Part shown: one piece after another, positions 55,748 through 64,000 of the stretch
Numbering within the stretch: the stretch's first letter is position 1
How the letters are laid out: every line of letters begins with the position of its first letter
NCBI GenBank assembly: GCA_044892525.1
Contig: CM097887.1
Location: 87,088,397-87,152,396, forward strand
Source: Schmidtea polychroa
Lineage: Eukaryota
Direction of reading: 5' to 3'
DNA length: 64,000 nucleotides
Translations under genes and position numbers: made by a program
The notes under the pieces: model-generated
Seen by the model: the letters and a program-made list of their open reading frames with translations, nothing else
Told to the model about the DNA's origin: nothing
Databases searched by the model: none

Positions 55748-57119
55748 TTGATAATCCCGCAATTAAATAAATTTACTACTTCAAGGTCACTATATATAGG
55801 TATTCAATGCAATGGCTGCCTTTGAATAGATTTATTACAATTAAGAAAATCGTAAATTAAAACAAACTATATAAAAATTTAACTATGTGGTTATATTCTA
55901 AATGAATAAATTTTGTAGCTTATGCAATTGAAAATGTCACAAAAATATTCTTTACGTTCTTGAGATCTGTAGTTAATCTAGAAAAGTAGATAATTAATAA
56001 AAATTAAATATTATTAATGTTTTCATTTAGTTGAATATATATTAATTAGTCGTTTTTCTATTAATTTTCTTTTTTAAACTATTTTTGAAGGTAATGAAAA
56101 ATTTTATATGGTTGTATATTCAAAATTTAAGATATAGAAAGTATCGAAAGTTTCGAGAAACAAAACATTGTAATTGAAAATTTTATTTAGTGTGACAATT
56201 TAAATTTTTAAGTTAAAAAAAGAATTTGTCTAAGCCAAAGTTAATGGTTTGAACTTCTCATGAGATTTCTTGATTCACAGTAAATTAAATTTAACCAATT
56301 TATTCCTATTCAGTTGCACATTGCGACTCATAACATTTATTTCACCAATTGCACTCCTTTGCTAGTACTGTAACATAGAAGTAGTTGTCAGCAAAAACGT
56401 TTCCCGTTATTGAAATTGTTGGGTATTTTGTGCAAGTTGGTGTCACTGACTGACTTTTTGGTGTATTTTTATTATGCAAATCGAACAACCCAAAACAATA
56501 ATATTTATTCAAAATTATCACAATTGCACTTCTCTTTTATTAGACATTTTAATGAAACATTTTCCGTTCACACAACTTTAAATATCTCTGTTTCTCTGCG
56601 TGCTTTTCAAATTTAACCTGAATCTTACGCAGGGATAATCTTCCAACGGGAGATGTCTCTTTCTGGTACGCTGGATTCAAAACGATTTTAACACTAAGTT
56701 AAATTAACATGGACTTCCTTTCGCTATACTATAACTTTTCTTTCTTCGACCTACTGGCATTTCTGTTTACTTGCCGGCCGCTTTTATACCCATTTCGTAA
56801 TTTTATTATTTTAGTTTCAAATTACTTTGGATACTTTCCCCCGGGCTTTCTCTTACCGACCTAATTGTTTTGGGCAATTTATTCATATTTTATTAGTTTG
56901 CCTCAATTTAATTATTTGTTGACTAATTCGATTGCCTCTACCTAATTTCATTGACCACTCAGGTTCTATTACACCGCACGGGTTTTCCATTAGCCCAGGT
57001 TTTCTATTGGTTTTTTGATATTATTTCTTTCTAGGGACCATCGTTGACTTTATTTTTATTATATTTGAACTTGTCTCATTAACTCGACGAACATCTTTCC
57101 CGCCCATCATCTGGGGGAA

Positions 57120-57497
57120 GAACCTTGCATCACTAGGGGTCAAGTATGTGCGGGCTGCACAGCTCATGTACCAACTCCAACTGCACCGGAGGTTATCATC
57201 ACGGGTACTAACGTTGTACCGATTCCATCTTCTTCATCGGCACTGATGCCTGCCCCTCAAGTTGCTCCAATTCGGCCCAAGCAACCTCAGCTATTGCGTG
57301 CTGAGCGAACCCGCAGAAAACGTTTGCAGCAAGTGAAAGCAGATGCACGAGAAGCCACCCAGCTTGCAGAGGCTCCACCAGCACGGATAGTTTCCTCTGT
57401 GGATCTACCATGGGATAAGGTGGTGTCCAACGATTTTGAATTAGAAGATCTCCTCGCCGAGGCTGAGGCCGCTTCTTTCTGGATCGATTCGATGTAA
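57120..57497 (+). pseudogene. Orphan ORF-B family member, copy B (partial/decayed)
   Basis: APEVIITGT ~ RPDVVITGT; QLLRAERTRRKR ~ QLSRAERKKRQR; PARIVSSVDLPWDKVVSNDFELEDLLAE ~ SARIISAAGVRWEENASEFFNLDELFAD of the 23393 ORF. AATAAA at ~57594. Confidence 0.65.
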
Positions 57498-57699
57498 ATA
57501 GTCATGTGATATCATCTTGACCCATTCGCGTGCTATCAATTTGTTTATTCATTTAAATTACCTTGTGTATGTTTGCTGACATATTTATTGTTAATAAAGT
57601 CTTGCATTTCATTGAGTCTTATTGTGTTGTTTGAATTAAATCGTCATCTCATCAAATTCGTAACGGACCTTTGTATGTTGACATGGAAATGACTATGTC

Positions 57700-58005
57700 T
57701 GATAGAGGTAAGTCCTTCTAACGGCCGCGCAGAGTCCGAATAGGAAGTACATGAAGGAGTATGGCGCTAAAGCAGACACTCACCTGCCTCATGTTTTCCA
57801 CCGACATCGCAGTTTCAACGTGAAACATCTTCACGGGTGCTTTGTCGTGAAGCAACAGTCATGTGAAGTGTTGTAAAAATCTGACTTTTACCACCAACTA
57901 TCGATCTTGCTCTTTATATGGATTACTTTGTTTAAATCTATGAAATTTTCTTCCAACAACACGCCAACATAGGAAACGATGAATCTGACGACTATGACAG
58001 TGCCA
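57700..58005 (+). other. Conserved structured non-coding block, copy B
   Basis: GTAAGTCCTTCTAACGGC, GCAG-ACACTCAC-CTGC, CAGTTTCAACGTGAA, CACGGG and CGCCAACAT are shared with copy A. Ends in a stem followed by CA. Confidence 0.5.
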
Positions 58006-59876
58006 TGATAAAGCAAAAACTAGTTCGAGAGGATCAAAATCATCTGGATGAAATATTTAATAACTTGTTTTAATGAAAATAATTTGTTTAATATATTTTA
58101 AAAATTTATTATTCATTTTTAATTTTAATTTACAAACTACCGTGATAACCTCTTCGGGGTGGGCTGTTCGTCTGCTGATGATTTATCTTTATATTTTCTA
58201 ATAAATGTACATCAATATCTAGAAGGTTATCTCTAATCATTGACGGCAACGAAGTATCAAGCTTACAGTGCCTAACCTAAAAAAATGAATTAGTATCACT
58301 GGAATGATAAATAATAATAATTAACGAAATCAATCAAGATAGAATCAGTTGGGAATAAAATTCTAATGAAATAATAAAAACCATCCAAAGTAAACGATTA
58401 ATAAAAACTTAATTATATTTTATTTGTTACCAATTTATGAAAAGAAAATTATTAATGTAAAAATTTTTTGTACATTTAAGCTATTTTGTCATGACGTGTA
58501 TTTTATATTTTTTAAATTGTTTTTTTCATTCAATGAAAAATCATATAATTTATATAAAATTTTAATTTATTATCAAGTTTTTGTTTCAATTACTATGAAA
58601 TTGATAAGGATTGATAAAGTCTGGCAGAATAAATGCTTCTTGTTCCAGTAAATTACGGAATTTTGAAAAATTTTTATATTCCTTTATTATGTATTATCAT
58701 ATTTGTTAGTTTTGAATTTACTGATTTTCATTTTATTTTAATTGAATTTGTAAGGAAATATATTTTTAAATCTAAGTTTTATTTCTTAACAAGGAACAAC
58801 AACACCGTTCTGGGAGAAATTAATGCCGTAATTTTTTATTTAATATCATTCAAAATGAAATAGAAATGACAAATAATATTTTCTTGTTAACCAATAAAAT
58901 TCAATCCAAAACTTAAGCTTTCATAAAATAATGTTGAACCCAAAAATAAACCAACATAAAGAAAATCTGACTCTGTAGTGATCAATCGAAAATATTTATT
59001 TAATTCACACTTCGATACTTTCTAAAATTAATTGTCTGAAATTCTCTAGTATTGTGCAATTGAAATTCTAGCGTTGTTGAATTGTTGCGCTTTGCATTTT
59101 TTAATAAATTTACTTTAACATGTCTTGTGGTGAAATCTTGATTTAAAAAATTTTTGTCATAAAAAGTTATGAAATTTGAGTTGAGAAATTTAATTTAGCG
59201 ACATTTTAATATTTTTTAAAATTTTGAGTTGGGAAATATGTTTTTTGGGCTTTTTAAAATTTTGGAAAATTCTGAATTGGTAAATTTATTTTGGGAATTT
59301 TATGAGTTGGGAAGATATATAAAAATAATTTTCTATAATAAAGTATATTTTTCAAAAATTTTCTAAGTATTTTTCGTTAATTTACATATTTATTTCTTAT
59401 GCTTCTGTTTATTGTCTCCCCATGTGTTAAAGAATACGAATATTATTTCTATAATATAAGTTTGTCTTAGTTTCATAATATATAGAAAATGTTTTAGTAA
59501 AGCGTGACTTATAAATTAATTAGGAGACTTTGGAGCTCATTTCCATGGTAACTCAGCATTTTTTGTAAATGCACACTATATTTTTTCTGACCTACATGAT
59601 TTTGGAGTCGATTTAGATATTTTCTTTGGGGATTGGTTCAGTTGTGACACTTCCATATACTGAAATGAAACCTGGTAAACTAGAAGACAATCGACTAATG
59701 AAAATAGATTGCAAGGAAATGAACAGGACGATGACAACTTCCGAACAACATGCTCAGCGTACTGCGTTATGGATTAGGTGAATTTCCATTTTTTTTTATT
59801 TTCTTTTAAATGTCATTGGAATATTTTATGCTAATTTTATAAAAATGAAAACTGAAAATACAAGCAATCAAACAAG

Positions 59877-61420
59877 TGGTGGGTTACAGGTCATCCAAAG
59901 TTTCTACCTACTCATGCTGTTTCCAGCGTAACCCAGGATACAATTGACAGCAGACCACTTGATACCCATTGAGCAATCAACGTTGGTACTGTATCAAGGG
60001 TTTGAGTACTAGCAAAAAGTGAGCATGCTTAGCATACTATAATTGTCTAGCACCCATTGGAGTTCACGGACTGCCGATAGAAGGCCTATGTCCGATTTCT
60101 CTCGGTCCCCTCTGTGGTAATTGATGTCATCGAAAAATCAGAATACATATAGACACATGAGTTAACATAATGACAAGGTTTTTATTCAAATCATGCAATT
60201 CAGGTCAGGAGTTCACAATGCTTCGGTGGACTCTTTTGTGGTCGTCATCGGGAAGGTTGGTTTGATTGGTCCTTGGGCTAGGCTGGCCTGTCGTAATTTT
60301 GCCCGAGCAGGTTTACCCGGTCGGATCTTTTTTCGAGGGGAATGGAAGAGGCGAGCTCTTTCGGTTGGTGGAGTATTTCCGGCAGAGGTCGAACCTTAGC
60401 GATCACGTCTCGATCGATCGCTTGTTGATGAACTTGAGTCTCAAGTTCTCTCACCCTCAGACGGATAGCTCGTAGTTCGACTTGATCGTGAGCGCTCTGC
60501 AATTGTAACTGGGAATTCAGTTTCAGGCGCTTCTGCATCTCCGCTGGCGGGAACCAAGTACTTTCAAAGTTACGGCAATGGGCTTTGATTCTCATCAGTT
60601 TGGTCCTATATTCTTTCGTCTGTTGTTGCGCTCGTTCCCGGTCCCGATGCATGTCTTCCAAGAGTTTTAACACTAAATCAAATGCATAATTAATGACCGG
60701 TCCTTTCGTATCCTCGTCAGGCGACTGCGCCCTGTCGTTATAATTATCGTTGCATAAACTGTGATCGTGCGGCTGTAACCCCGTATTAGATTGTGGATAA
60801 ACCCCGGATTAACCTTACGAACCCCGCCAAAAACGTTCATGGTTTGCGTGATAGAAGGAAAACAAAACAATAACACATTATGAGTGAAAGACAACTTAAT
60901 TAATATTATACAAAGGATCATTTAATTTAAGTTAACCATGTCATAAAAGCAAATCAAAATAAAGCATGATCACAAGGTGCTGTCATTCAGCCCAACTGTT
61001 AAATTGTTTATGTCGGGCGATTTTTGAGCGGACGTCCCCGTTTTGTGGTTGGTCATCTTCTGTGAGACGCGGGCCCCGTGGTGGGCTCCTTGGACGTGCT
61101 ACGCCACGGCGAATGGCGGCTGTTCGTTCAGGGTAGCACTGTAATCTGGCGTACCCGTCGATGTCTTCTAGCTCGCCGGCTAGGATTGCACTCTCGAGCC
61201 TTTGTAGGCGGTTTACGGCCGCTTTGACGTCCTCGAATGCTTCTATCAGGGCGAGGGAAGTGGAATTGATGAAGGGCTCTACCTTAGGGGTCACCGGGAC
61301 CACATTTTGGTAGGTCCAGTCGTGGATCCGATACCATATCCACGGGACCTTAGTCGAGTAACTTCTCCCTCTCGGTGCAGTCTGGTAGCGTCGTCTGCCT
61401 CATCTTGGGTTGTGCTGAAT
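59877..61420 (-). mobile_element. Unclassified repeat unit C: ORF-A' (frameshifted, 5' truncated) + ORF-B' + poly(A) signal + conserved block
   Basis: Paralogous over its whole length to unit D (61432-63110). ORF-A' 60983-~61420 has a 1-bp deletion before WIWY; ORF-B' is 60278-60673; block 59877-60110 ends GTAACCC-ACCA. Confidence 0.7.
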
Positions 61421-61431
61421 CCCGATGTAGA

Positions 61432-63110
61432 TGGTGGGTTACAGGTACTGTAAATCTTTTTACCTCCTCATGCTGTTTCCAGCGTAACCCAGGATATAAT
61501 TCATAGCTGACCACTTGATACCCGTTGAGCAATCAACGTTGGTACTGTATCAAGGGTTTGGGCACTAGCAAAAAGTGAGCATGCTTAACATACTATAATT
61601 GTCTAGCACCCACTGGGGTTCACGGACTGCCGTTAGAAGGCCTATGTCCGATTTCTTTTCGTCCCCGTTACAACAATTAACATTATAATAAAAGGAAATC
61701 AAAATGCCCGCTATGGACGCACTGTGAAGATTTATTTTGACAACATGAATCGCTTATCGTGTGCTGGTCGGTTCTCTTGGCGTAGCCTCTGATTCAGTAG
61801 CATGGAGAGCTAATTGGGCCTGGCTGGCCTGCCTTATCCTCGCTCGTGCCGCTTTTCCCAGCCGATTCTTCTTCCTTGGGGTTACTATTGTGGGGACAGG
61901 TTCCTTTGGTCGATGGAGCAACTCATCTAAAGGCCGGATCTTGGCAATGACCTCTCACTCCAGCTCCTGTTGATGCACCTTGGCTCCCAGTTCCCTCACC
62001 TTTAAGCGGAGGGCCCGCAACTCAATCTGGTCTTGAGCATTCTGAAGTTGTAGTTGGGTGATTAACTTCATCTTCTTCTTCATCTCCGCTGGTGGGAACC
62101 AGGTGCACTCGAAGTTCCGACAGTGGGCCTTGACTCGTGTCCACTTAGTCCGGTATTCGTCTACCTGTCGTTGTGCCTGTTCCCTATCGGCTCGCATCTC
62201 TTCCAAGAGTTTCTGCACTAAACAAAGGTAAGATCAATGATTTTTACATCGACATCGAGGGTCGGGCATTATTATGGGCATTAAGGCTAAAAGAAAGTAA
62301 TCCCCTCGTCGTAGTCCTTTGCTATGCGCACCCCAAGACCGAGACCTAGTTGTCTTACTCAACCTATAGGGTTGTTGTCGCTATAGAAATGTGTATTCAA
62401 CAATGATGATAGTCCACGTCATGGACATTACAAACAATCCACACAATTAAATTGTCACCGACCATCAAGACACAAACAAACCTTAAATAATTATGATGAA
62501 CTGTTAAGGCCTAACATATTTTATTCAATCCTGGATTAAAGAGGTTTAATCCAGTACATAATATCACCTAATACACCCGACACTAAGGTCAGCACAAAAT
62601 GATTAGTTTTGATCCCGAGTTTTCCGCCTACTCTCCGAATCCCGCGCTCTCCTTGGTCGAGCGGGTGGACGTTCGCGCGCGTCCGCGTGTCCTTGGTCGT
62701 CCTGGTCCTCGTTGAGGCCGTCTTGGGTATTTTAATCCACGCTGAAGAGCCGCGGTCCGTTTCGGGTGACATTGGGCTCGAGCGTAGCCGTCGCAGTCTT
62801 CTACCTCGCCAGCCAGAGTCGCTTTCTCGAGCCGGTGTAATCGGTCTATCGCATCCGTCACTTCGTCAAAAGCGTCGATCAAGGCTAACGACGCGTGGTT
62901 GAGGTACGGCTCCACCTTCGGAATTACGGGGATCACGTTCTGGTAAGTCCAATCATGGATCTTGTACCAGATCCATCTAGACCTTAGGCGAGCGATTTCC
63001 GATTCTTCCCTCAATCGGACGGCTTCATCTGCCTCTTCGCCGCTACCTCCGCGGTTCCAGTCAGTCGACGAGTGACCTTCTCGTATCTTCTTTGGTTCGG
63101 TACTGAGCAT
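61432..63110 (-). mobile_element. Unclassified repeat unit D: ORF-A + ORF-B (internal stop) + poly(A) signal + conserved block; 5' end not defined
   Basis: ORF-A 62628-63110 (RSRWIWYKIHDWTYQNVIPVIPKVEPYLN); ORF-B 62218-~61758 with TGA at 61955; block 61432-61660 is near-identical to 59877-60110. Confidence 0.7.
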
Positions 63111-64000
63111 GGCTGTAATGATAAAAGAGGTATTAGGCGAATCTTTGTCCCTCTATCTGTGGTCGTTTACTCCAACATGTCTAAACCCCCCATTACGATT
63201 TACATCCAAGCATACTAGGCATTCAATCCCATAGACCAATGATTTTGTATGTGAAGTAGATTAAATTACTAATTAATTTCCATATTGATTTATTTATCCG
63301 ATTAGATCGCGGATTACTAAATTAAATTAAATTTGTACATTGACGGTTGGTAAGTAAATTAAATTTAAGACAAAGAAAAATTAAAATTTCGTAAATTAAA
63401 TTAAGACAAAAATTAGAATTTCGTAAATTAAATCAGAATCGCATATTTCAAAGATTTTGTTTAATTTGATTAAAAATTAAATTTGTTATTCTTAATGTCT
63501 AATATTCTTCAAATTTTGGTTTAACGATAATATGCAATTACTATGCTACTAAGACCTACTACGAGGAGGGACATTACTACATATCGAGAAATTTTACTCG
63601 GTCTCTAGTAATACCTAACCGTAAGGGTTGTGAGTAGCTCCACCATCATCCCAGTTGGATAAGTAAAAGGACAAAAAAAAATTGGTTAGTTTTCCATTTG
63701 TTTAATTTTAGGAATTCGATCCTTCCAGCTTTCAGTCTCAACGAGGGGTGTATTCGGATGAATTCTGCAACAGTCGTGGCCTAATAATAATCTAACGTAT
63801 GCCAATTCCCCCATTTGTGACGCATTTGTGCCCCAGATTATGGGTAACCCCATTCTCGTGTTTATGGATATACATGTGGGGGAATACAGGACAAAATGTT
63901 AATCTGAAGAGGATTTAGTGAGGCTTTCTGCTCATTCCTCTGTCTACATCGTTGTTAAGCATTTTGCGGTGACTGATAATCTTTCCTGTCTATAAGTATT

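Noticed and set aside
57968-57996. Hammerhead-like CATAG-GAAA...CTGACGA-CTATG
   Set aside because: Only 8 nt lie between GAAA and CTGA, too short for stems I and III plus the cleavage site, and it is not present in the other copies of the block.
59871-59895. TGGTGGGTTAC as a primer-binding site after ...AACA
   Set aside because: I cannot match it to a standard tRNA 3' end, and the second copy (61432) is not preceded by an LTR-like CA. It is better explained as the reverse complement of the block's terminal stem plus ACCA.

Overview
AT-rich eukaryotic (animal) DNA with short introns, most consistent with a triclad planarian; this assignment is an inference from composition, intron size and element type. 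The window has three zones. (1) 1-21.5 kb is a giant, apparently intact Ty3/gypsy (Metaviridae) LTR retroelement resembling the planarian 'Burro' giants; its 5' LTR is presumably upstream of the window. Its single 4617-aa ORF runs Gag (3 CCHC knuckles), 3 ubiquitin-like domains, a Bcl-2-like domain, an in-frame chuvirus/gB-type class III envelope glycoprotein, PR-RT-RNaseH-IN, a duplicated ankyrin module and a second membrane protein. Five accessory ORFs follow, including a full-length intronless TRAF. Each accessory ORF is preceded by a poly(A) signal and a TAG splice acceptor 1-4 nt before its ATG, and four of the five also have a TGTAHATA motif just upstream. A 630-bp TG...CA putative 3' LTR contains CCAAT, TATA and a strong splice donor. 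(2) Host genes on the minus strand are an SH2B/Lnk adaptor (~27.6-40.7 kb) and BPTF/NURF301 (~44.6-55.7 kb). There is also a decayed CstF-77 copy, and hAT, Tc1 and piggyBac-type elements lie in introns and intergenic space. (3) An unclassified repeat family appears in four diverged copies (23.4-24.7, ~57.1-58.0, 59.9-61.4 and 61.4-63.1 kb). Each carries orphan coiled-coil ORFs followed by a conserved, apparently structured non-coding block that ends in a stem plus CA/ACCA.
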